Positions 26,430-38,633 are shown, counted from the stretch's first letter. The stretch: DNA of 64,000 nucleotides from Macrostomum lignano (GCA_002269645.1 NIVC01001908.1:1-64000); one strand, 5' to 3'. Notes: generated by a model not told the origin, from the sequence alone. Program-made: numbers and translations.

Positions 26430-27322
26430 AGTCTTGGCACCTCAGCAATTCCCTCTTGATCATTGGCAGCTCAGCATTCCCCCCATTGTTCACTGGCACC
26501 TCAGCATTCCCCATTGATCACTGGCACCTCAGCATTCCCCATTGATCACTGGCACCTCAGCATTCCCCATTGACCACTGGCACCTCAGCATTCCCCATTG
26601 ATCACTGGCACCTCAGCATTCCCCATTGATCACTGGCACCTCAGCATTCCCCATTGATCACTGGCACCTCAGCATTCCCCATTGATCACTGGCACCTCAG
26701 CATTCCCCATTGACCACTGGCACCTCAGCATTCCCCATTGATCACTGGCACCTCAGCATTCCCCATTGACCACTGGCACCTCAGCATTCCCCATTGATCA
26801 CTGGCACCTCAGCATTCCCCATTGATCATTGGCACCTCAGCATTCCCCCCATTGATCACTGGCACCTCAGCATTCCCCATTGACCACTGGCACCTCAGCA
26901 TTCCCCATTGATCACTGGCACCTCAGCATTCCCCATTGACCACTGGCACCTCAGCATTCCCCATTGATCACTGGCACCTCAGCATTCCCCATTGACCACT
27001 GGCACCTCAGCATTCCCCATTGATCACTGGCACCTCAGCATTCCCCATTGATCACTGGCACCTCAGCATTCCCCCCATTGATCACTGGCACCTCAGCATT
27101 CCCCATTGATCACTGGCACCTCAGCATTCCCCATTGACCACTGGCACCTCAGCATTCCCCATTGACCACTGGCACCTCAGCATTCCCCATTGATCACTGG
27201 CACCTCAGCATTCCCCATTGATCATTGGCACCTCAGCATTCCCCATTGATCATTGGCACCTCAGTATTCCCCATTGATCACTGGCACCTCAGCATTCCCC
27301 ATTGATCACTGGCACCTCAGTA
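26430..27322. repeat. 28-bp minisatellite
   Basis: CACTGGCACCTCAGCATTCCCCATTGAT units. Confidence 0.97.
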
Positions 27323-27919
27323 TTTCTTCTTGAGTGCATCTGAGGAGCCGAAGCAGGTATAGCTGTGTCATAATATCTAAACCGGCATGCAAAATCACGT
27401 GCAGTTTTATAAGAAATTACGTGACTGAAAATGCATTCAAACAACAATTTCTGTAAGCAACACTATCGCAGACAAACTCGCCACTCTAATGACATTTGTA
27501 TGCGCAAGCAAAGAATGTTGATTGCTACGCTTCATTTAGCAAGAGTTGAGTAGAGATCACAGCGCAGTGTAAAAATAGGCTCGTAGTAGCTTTCAAGCCA
27601 GACAATGGCTGTCTTCATAAACCAGTTGAGCAGGTCTCACTCAATGCAATCTAGCAGTGCGGCTCTAGTGGCTTGCGCCAGCCTCTCACTTCTATTAAGC
27701 CATCTATTTGGAAAGATGCTCTAAAAAGCTTCATGCTGTTGAGAGGGTCTGCCGAGTAGCAGACACGTGCGAACAAACCAGTGCAATAGTACCTTCCTAC
27801 CAATTTTTGTTAGCAAAACGTGTGCCCAGTGGACGGTTAATGGAGTGCCATAAACTTAGATATCTGGAGAGGGACAGTGGGACCCTTTTGCAGTGAGTTC
27901 TGTCACTAAGTCACTCACT

Positions 27920-29068
27920 CTGTCATCTCAGCAACTCCCCATGAGCCTTGGCATCTCAGCAGTTGAGCCTTGGCATCTCAGCAGTTGAGCCTTGGCATCT
28001 CAGCAGTTGAGCCTTGGCATCTCAGCAGTTAAGCCTTGGCATCTCAGCAGTTGAGCCTTGGCATCTCAGCAGTTGAGCCTTGGCATCTCAGCAGTTGAGC
28101 CTTGGCATCTCAGCAGTTGAGCCTTGGCATCTCAGCAGTTAAGCCTTGGCATCTCAGCAGTTGAGCCTTGGCATCTCAGCAGTTGAGCCTTGGCATCTCA
28201 GCAGTTGAGCCTTGGCATCTCAGCAGTTGAGCCTTGGCATCTCAGCAACTCCCCCATGAGCCTTGGCATCTCAGCAACTCCCCATGAGCCTTGGCATCTC
28301 AGCAACTCCCCATGAGCCTTGGCATCTCAGCAACTCCCCTTGAGCCTTGGCATCTCAGCAACTCCCCTTGAGCCTTGGCATCTCAGCAGTTGAGCCTTGG
28401 CATCTCAGCAACTCCCCCATGAGCCTTGGCATCTCAGCAACTCCCCATGAGCCTTGGCATCTCAGCAACTCCCCATGAGCCTTGGCATCTCAGCAACTCC
28501 CCATGAGCCTTGGCATCTCAGCAACTCCCCATGAGCCTTGGCATCTCAGCAACTCCCCATGAGCCTTGGCATCTCAGCAACTCCCATGAGTCTTGGCATC
28601 TCAGCAACTCCCCATGAGCCTTGGTATCTCAGCAACTCCCCATGAGCCTTGGCATCTCAGCAACTCCCCATGAGCCTTGGTATCTCAGCAACTCCCCATG
28701 AGCCTTGGCATCTCAGCAACTCCCCATGAGCCTTGGTATCTCAGCAACTCCCCATGAGCCTTGGTATCTCAGCAACTCCCCATGAGCCTTGGCATCTCAG
28801 CAACTCCCCATGAGCCTTGGCATCTCAGCAACTCCCTTTGAGCCTTGGTATCTCAGCAACTCCCCATGAGCCTTGGCATCTCAGCAAGTCCCCTTGAGCC
28901 TTGGTATCTCAGCAACTCCCTTTGAGCCTTGGTATCTCAGCAACTCCCCATGAGCCTTGGCATCTCAGCAACTCCCCATGAGCCTTGGCATCTCAGCAAC
29001 TCCCCATGAGCCTTGGCATCTCAGCAACTCCCCATGAGCCTTGGCATCTCAGCAGTTGAGCCTTGGCA
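27920..29068. repeat. 22/28-bp two-block minisatellite
   Basis: A GAGCCTTGGCATCTCAGCAGTT block, then a GAGCCTTGGCATCTCAGCAACTCCCCAT block. Confidence 0.97.
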
Positions 29069-29293
29069 AGTTATAATAGATATTTTAGAAGCTGCTTAAG
29101 TTTTTGAAGTACGATGGCTACTATTTGTTAAAGCTTAAACTGGTTTCCAATCCAGACGCTAGATCTGCATAGAGCTCCTTGAACGGTTGAAGGGACGGTA
29201 TTTATGCGGCCCCCTCTCGCGCTGCCCCGAGCCCCTCTTCAAGGTCCCAGCAATCAGCGCCTCTCAGTCGAAACCAGTTGCTCACTGCCCATC

Positions 29294-29518
29294 ATGAAGC
29301 TGCACCTTCTCCTCGCCATCGTGGCCGTCGCTGTGGCCGCAGTCGCCGTGACTGGCGAGCGACAATTCGACGAAGATGTCGAGCAGCCAGACGACTTCGA
29401 ATCGGCTCTGGACGACATCGCTGGCGACAGCCTGGAGGAGCCGCTGGAGAGCGACGAGGACGACATCAGCCAAGTTGCCAGAGTCGCGCGCCGGCGCACC
29501 TTCAATAAAAAGAAGTAG
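29294..29518 (+). CDS. Orphan 74-aa secreted prepropeptide-like protein
   Basis: ATG in ATCATGA context with GC3-rich codons. MKLHLLLAIVAVAVAAVAVTG is a signal-like segment, followed by an acidic stretch (18 D/E in 39 aa) and RVARRR-TFNKKK-stop. A TATA-like TATTTAT lies near 29200. Confidence 0.75.
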   Translation: MKLHLLLAIVAVAVAAVAVTGERQFDEDVEQPDDFESALDDIAGDSLEEPLESDEDDISQVARVARRRTFNKKK

Positions 29519-29934
29519 AGGCGGGCGTGCTCGGCCTACTCGGAGGTCAACTGCTCAACCTGACACTTGTTTGCCAAGCTAATTATTGACTACGCATTAC
29601 TTTATTAAGTAACTGCTACTAAATATAAGCTCACACGGAGAATACATCAAAAGAAACGGTTTTCAAAACCCGACAGTTTTTTATTCCTTCAGTTCAAAAA
29701 TGCATTGACTTCGATTTTTACTCAATAAGTTAAGGCTTATAACTAGGTATTGTACAATTTTGCATGATTCTAACAAGTTTAATACCGGATGTGACATTTA
29801 TACTCGTACATGACTTTCTGCTCTCTAGTGAGTCTTTGCCACCAGTCTGAGATGCTAATGTGCATGTGGTGAGCTAATCACATACTACACTCGTAGCTAA
29901 TGTATGCCATTATTCACCGGTCTGTCTCAAGTGT

Positions 29935-31722
29935 CTGTTTCTCTTAGTGTCTGTCTTAGTGTCTGTCTTAGTGCCTGTCTTAGTGCCTGTCTTAGTGCCT
30001 GTCTTAGTGTCTGTCTGTCTTAGTGTCTGTCTTAGTGCCTGTCTGTCTTAGTGCCTGTCTTAGTGTCTGTCTGTCTTAGTGCCTGTCTTAGTGTCTGTCT
30101 GTCTTAGTGCCTGTCTTAGTGCCTGTCTGTCTTAGTGCCTGTCTTAGTGTCTGTCTGTCTTAGTGCCTGTCTTAGTGTCTGTCTGTCTTAGTGCCTGTCT
30201 TAGTGCCTGTCTGTCTTAGTGCCTGTCTTAGTGTCTGTCTGTCTTAGTGCCTGTCTTAGTGCCTGTCTTAGTGTCTGTCTTAGTGTCTGTCTGTCTTAGT
30301 GCCTGTCTTAGTGTCTGTCTGTCTTAGTGCCTGTCTTAGTGCCTGTCTTAGTGTCTGTCTGTCTTAGTGTCTGTCTTAGTGTCTGTCTTAGTGCCTGTCT
30401 TAGTGCCTGTCTTAGTGTCTGTCTTAGTGCCTGTCTTAGTGCCTGTCTTAGTGTCTGTCTGTCTTAGTGCCTGTCTTAGTGCCTGTCTTAGTGCCTGTCT
30501 TAGTGCCTGTCTTAGTGCCTGTCTGTCTTAGTGCCTGTCTTAGTGCCTGTCTGTCTTAGTGCCTGTCTTAGTGCCTGTCTGTCTTAGTGCCTGTCTTAGT
30601 GCCTGTCTGTCTTAGTGCCTGTCTTAGTGTCTGTCTGTCTTAGTGCCTGTCTTAGTGCCTGTCTTAGTGTCTGTCTGTCTTAGTGTCTGTCTTAGTGCCT
30701 GTCTTAGTGCCTGTCTTAGTGTCTGTCTTAGTGCCTGTCTTAGTGCCTGTCTTAGTGTCTGTCTGTCTTAGTGCCTGTCTTAGTGCCTGTCTTAGTGCCT
30801 GTCTTAGTGCCTGTCTTAGTGCCTGTCTGTCTTAGTGCCTGTCTTAGTGCCTGTCTGTCTTAGTGCCTGTCTTAGTGCCTGTCTGTCTTAGTGCCTGTCT
30901 TAGTGCCTGTCTGTCTTAGTGCCTGTCTTAGTGTCTGTCTGTCTTAGTGTCTGTCTTAGTGCCTGTCTTAGTGCCTGTCTTAGTGCCTGTCTGTCTTAGT
31001 GCCTGTCTTAGTGCCTGTCTTAGTGCCTGTCTGTCTTAGTGCCTGTCTTAGTGCCTGTCTGTCTTAGTGCCTGTCTTAGTGCCTGTCTTAGTGTCTGTCT
31101 GTCTTAGTGCCTGTCTTAGTGCCTGTCTGTCTTAGTGCCTGTCTTAGTGTCTGTCTGTCTTAGTGTCTGTCTTAGTGCCTGTCTTAGTGCCTGTCTTAGT
31201 GCCTGTCTTAGTGTCTGTCTGTCTTAGTGCCTGTCTTAGTGCCTGTCTGTCTTAGTGCCTGTCTTAGTGCCTGTCTGTCTTAGTGCCTGTCTTAGTGCCT
31301 GTCTTAGTGCCTGTCTGTCTTAGTGCCTGTCTTAGTGCCTGTCTGTCTTAGTGCCTGTCTTAGTGTCTGTCTGTCTTAGTGTCTGTCTTAGTGCCTGTCT
31401 TAGTGCCTGTCTTAGTGCCTGTCTGTCTTAGTGCCTGTCTTAGTGCCTGTCTTAGTGCCTGTCTGTCTTAGTGCCTGTCTTAGTGCCTGTCTGTCTTAGT
31501 GCCTGTCTTAGTGTCTGTCTGTCTTAGTGCCTGTCTTAGTGCCTGTCTTAGTGTCTGTCTGTCTTAGTGTCTGTCTTAGTGTCTGTCTTAGTGCCTGTCT
31601 TAGTGCCTGTCTGTCTTAGTGTCTGTCTGTCTTAGTGCCTGTCTGTCTTGGTGTCTGTCTGTCTTAGTGCCTGTCTGTCTTGGTGTCTGTCTCTCTTAGT
31701 GTCTCTCTGTTTGTCTGTCTGT
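29935..31722. repeat. 12/16-bp satellite
   Basis: GTCTTAGTGCCT and GTCTTAGTGTCTGTCT units. Confidence 0.97.
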
Positions 31723-32129
31723 CATTTTGTCCGGCTATCTTTCTTACAAGAACGTTGCACAAAAAAGGACAGCAGAGGGCAGCCAGCCGCCCGCCATTTC
31801 ATCCAATGCAGTTGAGCAGGTCTTACTTACTGTTTTGGGAGGGAGGGTGATTCAGAGCCGTGTGAGTGCCCCAGCACCAAACTGTATTTTAATTTACGAG
31901 TCAAAAATGCAACGCACGAACAGAGTTGACAGTCCTTAAGCGATAAGGCAGGACCATCCCATTGTTGCAGTGCAGTCTGAATTGCAGAGTATTCTAAACT
32001 GGTATTCGCTTGTTTACCAGTCTGAGATCCCGCAGTACTGCTTTAGAAATGTGCTCCATAGCCAGTGCTTTTTATTAGGCTTGAAGTGCAGTATGAAATA
32101 TCTTACAGAATATGTCTTGCGATGCCTGG

Positions 32130-32970
32130 CTTTGGTGTCTTGGTGTGTCTTGGTGAGTCTTGGTGTGTTTTGGTGTGTCTTGGTGAGTCTTGGTGTGTCT
32201 TGGTGTGTCTTGGTGTGTCTTGGTGTGTCTTGGTGTGTCTTGGTGTGTCTTGGTGTGTCTTGGTGTGTCTTGGTGAGTCTTGGTGTGTCTTGGTGTGTCT
32301 TGGTGTGTCTTGGTGTGTCTTGGTGAGTCTTGCTGAGTCTTGGTGTGTCTTGGTATGTCTTGGTGTGTCTTGGTGTGTCTTGCTGAGTCTTGGTGTGTCT
32401 TGGTGTGTCTTGCTGAGTCTTGCTGAGTCTTGGTGTGTCTTGGTGTGTCTTGGTGAGTCTTGGTGTGTCTTGGTGTGTCTTGGTGAGTCTTGGTGTGTCT
32501 TGGTGTGTCTTGGTGTGTCTTGGTGTGTCTTGCTGAGTCTTGCCGAGTCTTGGTGTGTCTTGGTGTGTCTTGCTGAGTCTTGGTGTGTCTTGGTGTGTCT
32601 TGCTGAGTCTTGGTGTGTCTTGGTGTGTCTTGGTGAGTCTTGGTGAGTCTTGGTGTGTCTTGGTGTGTCTTGGTGTGTCTTGGTGTGTCTTGCTGAGTCT
32701 TGCTGAGTCTTGGTGTGTCTTGGTGTGTCTTGCTGAGTCTTGGTGTGTCTTTTGTGAGTCTCGATGTGGCTTGGCGTGCCTTGGCGTGCCTTGGCGTGTC
32801 TTTGTGAGTCTCGATGTGCATTGGCGTGCCTTGGCGTGTCTTTGTGAGTCTCGATGTGCATTGGCGTGCTTGGTGTGCCCCAATTTGCCCCAGTGTGTCT
32901 TGCAATGCCTGGCTTTGGTGTCTTGGTGTGTCTTGACGTGTCTTGGTGAGTCTTGGTGAGTCTTGGTGAT
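32130..32970. repeat. 10-bp repeat
   Basis: CTTGGTGTGT, CTTGGTGAGT and CTTGCTGAGT units. Confidence 0.95.
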
Positions 32971-33021
32971 TCTTGATGTGTGTTTGGCGTACTTTGTGTC
33001 CTAAAGTCAGTCTTCCTGAAG

Positions 33022-33612
33022 TCATTCTCCCAAAGTCACTCTTTCCCAAAGTCACTCTTTCCCAAAGTCACTCTTTCCCAAAGTCACTCTTTCCCAAAGT
33101 CACTCTTTCACAAAGTCACTCTTTCCCAAAGTCACTCTTTCACAAAGTCACTCTTTCCCAAAGTCACTCTTTCCCAAAGTCACTCTTTCCCAAAGTCACT
33201 CTTTCCCAAAGTCACTCTTTCCCAAAGTCACTCTTTCCCAAAGTCACTCTTTCCCAAAGTCACTCTTTCCCAAAGTCACTCTTTCCCAAAGTCACTCTTT
33301 CCCAAAGTCACTCTTTCCCAAAGTCACTCTTTCCCAAAGTCACTCTTTCCCAAAGTCACTCTTTCCCAAAGTCACTCTTTCCCAAAGTCACTCTTTCCCA
33401 AAGTCACTCTTTCCCAAAGTCACTCTTTCCCAAAGTCACTCTTTCCCAAAGTCACTCTTTCCCAAAGTCACTCTTTCCCAAAGTCACTCTTTCCCAAAGT
33501 CACTCTTTCCCAAAGTCACTCTTTCCCAAAGTCACTCTTTCCCAAAGTCACTCTTTCCCAAAGTCACTCTTTCCCAAAGTCACTCTTTCCCAAAGTCACT
33601 CCTAAAGTCACT
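33022..33612. repeat. Highly homogeneous 16-bp repeat
   Basis: (CCCAAAGTCACTCTTT)n. Confidence 0.97.
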
Positions 33613-33907
33613 CTCTTCCGAATTCTCTCTTTCCTGAAGTTACTGTTTGCGAAAGTGTGATATATTCAGTCATAAGGTTTAAACGAAATTTTTACCTCTT
33701 CAATAATTGCTGCAGTATCTCCCAAGCAGGTAGTTTAGTTTTCGTCAATCTATTTCAATCGCAGCGAAGCCAGGGGACTACAAGTATGCAGACAAACAAC
33801 GAACAGTAACATCAATAACTAAAGCGATTGGTACAGAAACAATGCAAAACAATAAGAATTGCATGCATACAATTTACAGCGCTTAGCTACTAATATACAA
33901 TTTCAAA

Positions 33908-33913
33908 TTTATT
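33908..33913 (-). promoter_or_regulatory. Probable polyadenylation signal of Ldb
   Basis: AATAAA on the minus strand about 46 nt after the exon 7 stop codon. Confidence 0.55.
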
Positions 33914-33959
33914 AGCGAACGATCGGAATGGCTCTGGTCGGTTTCCTATATATATAGCG

Positions 33960-34144
33960 TCAAGCCTTAATGGCTGTGTGCGACTTGTTTTGCTGCTGCT
34001 GCGGCGTCTGTTGCTGCTGTTGAATTGTCTGTGGCGGAGTCTGCGAGCCGCTTGCCTGCTGCTGCTCAACCATGGAGGAGAGAGTCGGCCACGCCTGGCT
34101 CGGCGTTCTCGGAGTTACGAACTCGAATCCGTTCTGAGGCGGGC
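33960..34144 (-). CDS. LDB: Ldb exon 7 (terminal, Q-rich)
   Basis: CCGCAG acceptor in phase 1 gives CPPQNGFEFVTPRTPSQAWPTLSSMVEQQQ...KSHTAIKA-stop. AATAAA follows at 33913-33908. Confidence 0.8.
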
Positions 34145-34179
34145 CTGCGGATGGTGACCGTTTGTTATTTTGTTAAAAC

Positions 34180-34570
34180 ACTGACCAACTCGACAACAAC
34201 AGCACAGAACACTGACCAACTCGACAACAACAGCCCAAAACACTGACCAACTCGACAACAACAGCCCAGAACACTGAGCAACTCGACAACAACAGCTCAG
34301 AACACTGACCAACTCGACAACAACAGCACAGAACACTGACCAACTCGATAACAATATCTCAGAACACTGACCAACTCGATAACAATATCTCAGAACACTG
34401 ACCAACTTGATAACAATATCTCAGAACACTGACCAACTCGATAACAAAAACAACTCGAACACTGACAAACTCGACAACAGCTGCCCAGAACACTGACCAA
34501 CTTGGCAACAACAGCTCAGAACACTGACCGACTCGACAACAACAGCTCAGAACTCTGACAAACTCGATAA
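34180..34570. repeat. About 31-bp minisatellite in Ldb intron 6
   Basis: CAGAACACTGACCAACTCGACAACAACAGC units. Confidence 0.93.
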
Positions 34571-34623
34571 CACGAGTTAAGAAAACGGATTAAATAAGTA
34601 AGCAGACTTCAAAGCAAACTCAC

Positions 34624-34972
34624 AAGAATAAGCTGCATGCGGATGCTGCAACTGCCGTGACGGCTGTTTACTGCCGGTGAAATATCCCTGAGGTGGCAGC
34701 GGCGTTGGCGGCGGCGGCGGCAGCGGATTCGGGCAGTGCTGGCTCAGCATCGAGGCGAACCGGCCAACGGGTCGGCCAGTTGAGTCGCGCTCGAATGAAT
34801 TCTCCAGCGGTCCGCAGGCGGGTATTTCGAAGCCACCAGGCCCCGATCGCAGACAACCGTTCGGTAGTGCGTTGGGGTTGAACTGGCGATTTTCTAGTCG
34901 CGTTATCAACCGCTCGTCCTCGGCCCCAAACTCGCCGCCCATGAGAGTGGGCTCACCGACTATCATCACGTC
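34624..34972 (-). CDS. LDB: Ldb exon 6 (LIM-interaction domain)
   Basis: DVMIVGEPTLMGGEFGAEDERLITRLEN is the LID motif. GTGAGT donor at 34623 in phase 1; unspliced, the frame stops at 34577. Confidence 0.95.
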
Positions 34973-35019
34973 CTTGTGCAGGAGGAGGGGGTTGCTCTAT
35001 GCTAATAATAGTAATGTTT

Positions 35020-35820
35020 GTAGGAAGGCTGTTCACGGTCCAGCTCACTTGGATCACTTGGTCCAGCCCGTTTCAAAGGTAACGAGCTCGCTGACTCCCT
35101 CGCTAAGACGGGTACCCAGATTAATGACTGGGCGGATACCCTGCACCTGCGCACATGGGATGGCATTTCCGACTGCCGCCAATCCCGAGCGGCAGTGCCC
35201 AACCCGTCCCTCAAGCTGTGGAGAATCCTTTTGAACCAAAATCGAAAAGATATCCGCGATCTCACTATGACCTTCACAGGTCACGGTTGCTTTGCCAGGC
35301 ACTGTTTCCTCCGAGGCGTCCCCCGGAGTGAACTTTGCCTCCCTTTGCAACCTCGAGAACGAAGACGCCAAGCACTTTGTCTGCTACTGCCCGGCCTTCA
35401 ACCGAGACCGGCTCAACCACCTCGGGCCCAACCGGTCCCTGGATGACGTTTGCTGGCCAGAGAACATCCCACGGCTCATCCGGTTCCTCCGGGCTACCAA
35501 ACGAGTCTCCGTCTTCCCCACCGAAGACAAGGCTGCAGACAGGACCGGCAGACCTCCCTGACCGGCCCCGCGCCCTAGCTTTTGCGGGCTCTTTAGGGAT
35601 TAGCGGAATGGGCGACGCTCGCCTCCCCGCTGCGTCTTCGGACCGCCCTGCAGCTAAGTCAGGAAGGCTGTTGGCACCCTGGAGCAACTTTTCCAGCAAC
35701 ATCGTCTCACAACCAGCGCTGACGGCAATTCTACACATTCCGCTGACCCCTGAGCACATACAAGAGCGCCAATGCTCCGCGTCAGTAGTATGGTTATACT
35801 ACTGAGTAGAGGTGGCTTAG
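35020..35820 (+). mobile_element. 5'-truncated non-LTR retrotransposon (LOA/R1/I-like), antisense in Ldb intron 5
   Basis: LTWI..KGNELADSLAK is an RNase H C-terminal motif. It is followed by LLNQNRKDIRDLTMTFTGHGCF and a CCHC knuckle (C..CNLENEDAKHFVCYCP), with frameshifts near 35065 and 35340 and a stop at 35561. The 3' boundary is uncertain. Confidence 0.85.
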
Positions 35821-37031
35821 TAGCCATCAAATCATTTTATGGGAATATTTCAGAAGGACATTAAAGAAGCAAAAGATTACTGTACGCTCATTCCGTTGAC
35901 TTCAGTGCACGAAACATGATGAGTACACACAGCCTCACAGTGGGCACTGTGTATTATTCTTAATTACGTTCTTATCTTATTACATTCTCATCTTGTCACG
36001 TCGGGCTTGTGCACGAAAATTGACCGAAGGGCTGTACGGCGATTCACATCCGTCAGGGCCAACCCCCAAGGCTCAGAGAGTGTACGTGCCTGACGATTGG
36101 AGAGTCAGGGGCCGCTGTGCACCCGCTGTGTGAGCGCGTGTGTATTGTCACAGCATTGCATTGCACAGCAAGCCCCAGGCCTGCGAACTCGGGACCTCAG
36201 ATTCAAGAATTTGATCTGATCCAACTGCCCCTCTGTCTTTTCTGTCTTTGAAGAATTGCGTCTCTTTTTTATTTGAATTTGCGTCACACGGCGGTAGCTG
36301 ACGTTTCTCTTTCTAGTTAATTGTCCTGCCGATTTCCCCGACAGCGGTTGACCCTGATGGAATTTTTTCGCGATCGCCAAAGCAAAGCCGGATTGCCAGT
36401 CTGGCCAAAGTCGCGACAAAGGCGGGGCCCTCACCGGTGGCTAATGAAGGGCCGGGGGGAGTCGCTTCCTCTTCTTCCCCGACAATTATCGTGAGCAATT
36501 TTCTATAGGGGAGAAAATCTCTAGAAACGTCTTCCCTGCTGCTCCAAAGAGTCCGAATCTCGAGAGAGGGGGGATGAGAGACGATTCGGTGAATGGAAAA
36601 CTTCGATATGGAATTTCTGACAAAGACTGGGAGTGAACGGGCGGCCACTAATTTCATTAGTGACCGGGTCGAATCGAGCTCGGGATCCTCCCAGACGGTG
36701 TCTCTACGTCTACGTCTTGGCTGGGGGTGAGCGGAAGGGATAAAAGATGGAGTCTCGGTGGGGTGGGGAGACGGAAAATATGGGAGATTCAACAGCATCG
36801 CTGTTGACGGGACTGGCTTGCCCGATGAAGGGTTTGGGGGTAGAAAATACACATGTGCGGATGAAGCGAAGAGGCTGAGTCACTGCTCAATACCCCCAGG
36901 CATCACAGGCTGCGCCTGTTCAGTCGCTGATTTCCCTTGCAGTATTCTCACCTTCTGGCGCCATATCTGCGCGTCTTCTCTCTCTCTCGTCCAAGTGGTT
37001 TCATTCGATACCGATAAATTCCTTGACTCAC

Positions 37032-37040
37032 CCCTTGCAA

Positions 37041-37091
<51 letters not shown>

Positions 37092-37285
37092 CTGCTTCTG
37101 TGCTGCGCCAGACGCTGCCCCTGTCGTCTTCTTCTTGCCCTTCTTGGCACGACCGACACTGGTAGCTGGCGTCGAGTCAGTTTCCGGGGCGTTGCCATGG
37201 ATACCATTGTTATTGTTGTTGTTGTTGCCACTGTTGCTGCTATTCGTCTTTCTTTTGCGGCGTTTGCTTTGAGTTCGACTCGATT
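37032..37285 (-). CDS. LDB: Ldb exon 5 (NLS, polyN, polyQ)
   Basis: TTTTAG acceptor. ESSRTQSKRRKRK matches the Ldb NLS (Ldb1 PSKRRKRK). PolyQ tract, then a GTGAGT donor in phase 0. Confidence 0.93.
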
Positions 37286-37359
37286 CTAAAATTTGAGAAT
37301 TTGATGCGGAAATTAAGTTTTTACAAAAGAAATTTGATGCAGGTAGATTTGCAGGCAGG

Positions 37360-37658
37360 TCACATTCCTATCTTGTCACATTCCCATCTTGTTACATTCC
37401 CAACCAGTCACATTCCCATCTTATTACTCATTAAATTCCCAATCAGTCGTATTCTCATCTTGTCACATTCCTATCTTGTTACATTTCCATCTCATTACGT
37501 TTTTATCTCATTAAATTCCCAATCAGTCCCATTCTCATCTTGTCACATTCTCATCTTGTCACATTCCTATCTTGTCATATTTCCATCTTATTACGTTTTT
37601 ATCTTATTAAATTCCCAATCAGTCCCATTCTCATCTTGTCACATTCCCATCTTGTCAC
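37360..37658. repeat. Composite repeat in Ldb intron 4
   Basis: TCTTGTCACATTCC(C/T)A units with longer duplicated blocks. Confidence 0.85.
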
Positions 37659-37668
37659 GGCGACACAC

Positions 37669-37870
37669 CGGGAGGCGCCACCATGCGCTGCCACTTCTGA
37701 AACAGAGTTGTCTTCAAGCAGTCCCTGGGGTGCAGGCCGTAGGCCTTCTGCCGGCTCATCAGCTCCTGCATTGGCTCGAGGATGATGCAGAGGCGAAGAA
37801 AGTGCAGCGTGTGGTTCGTGATGCCCTGGCGAGTGATGTTGTGCGACATCTGATCCAGCACCTGGGGATC
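37669..37870 (-). CDS. LDB: Ldb exon 4
   Basis: DPQVLDQMSHNITRQGITNHTLHFLRLCIILEPMQELMSRQKAYGLHPRDCLKTTLFQKWQRMVAPP, close to Ldb1. Confidence 0.97.
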
Positions 37871-37947
37871 CTGGAGGATACGGTGGTGATTGGCTATCCG
37901 CTTTAACATTTCCCTCTCCCTCCGCCGCTTTGCCCCGCCCGCCCAAC

Positions 37948-38246
37948 CTGATGAGAGCCGACCGCCTGTCTGGGCACCATCTCTCGGCAGCTGCGGATCT
38001 GGAAGAGCCAGCTCTTGATCCGCATCATGTCGTCGAAGGTGAACTCCAGCACCAGCCGGCCCTCGGTTACCACGTTGGTGAGCATCGGCCGGACGTGGGT
38101 CGCGTGCATCTCGCCTCGGTCGCAGTCCAGAGTCAAGCTGGTGTTGTGAAACGATTCCCGGGCGTTCTTTAGGAATATGTACATGTCGGCCACTCCTCCG
38201 TCAAAGATGCTGCGAAAGTACCGCGGGATCAGGGTGCGACCGATGG
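37948..38246 (-). CDS. LDB: Ldb exon 3
   Basis: SIGRTLIPRYFRSIFDGG...EGRLVLEFTFDDMMRIKSW...HQ; 299 nt, phases 1 and 0 consistent. Confidence 0.97.
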
Positions 38247-38364
38247 CTGCAATGGCGGCGAGATGTGAGGGGGTGTTCGGGCCGGTGCTTAATTAGTCGG
38301 CAACACTAAAGGCTCATTAATAAATTCACTAATGTTGGTAAAAACTTATCAGAGGACGAGACTT

Positions 38365-38633
38365 GATGAACAAGGCTGAGGTCGGCAAGATCAAAGATAT
38401 CAATACCATCAAACTGAGTGAACAGGGCAGAGGTCGGCAAGATCAAAGGTGGCATCAAACTGAGTGAACAGGGCTGAGGTCGGCAAGATCAAAGGTGGCA
38501 TCAAACTGAGTGAACAGGGCTGAGGTCGGCAAGATCAAAGGTGGCATCAAACTGAGTGAACAGGGCTGAGGTCGGCAAGATCAAAGGTGGCATCAAACTG
38601 AGTGAACAGGGCTGAGGTCGGCAAGATCAAAGG
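38365..38633. repeat. 46-bp minisatellite in Ldb intron 2
   Basis: AACAGGGCTGAGGTCGGCAAGATCAAAGGTGGCATCAAACTGAGTG, about 5 copies. Confidence 0.95.
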
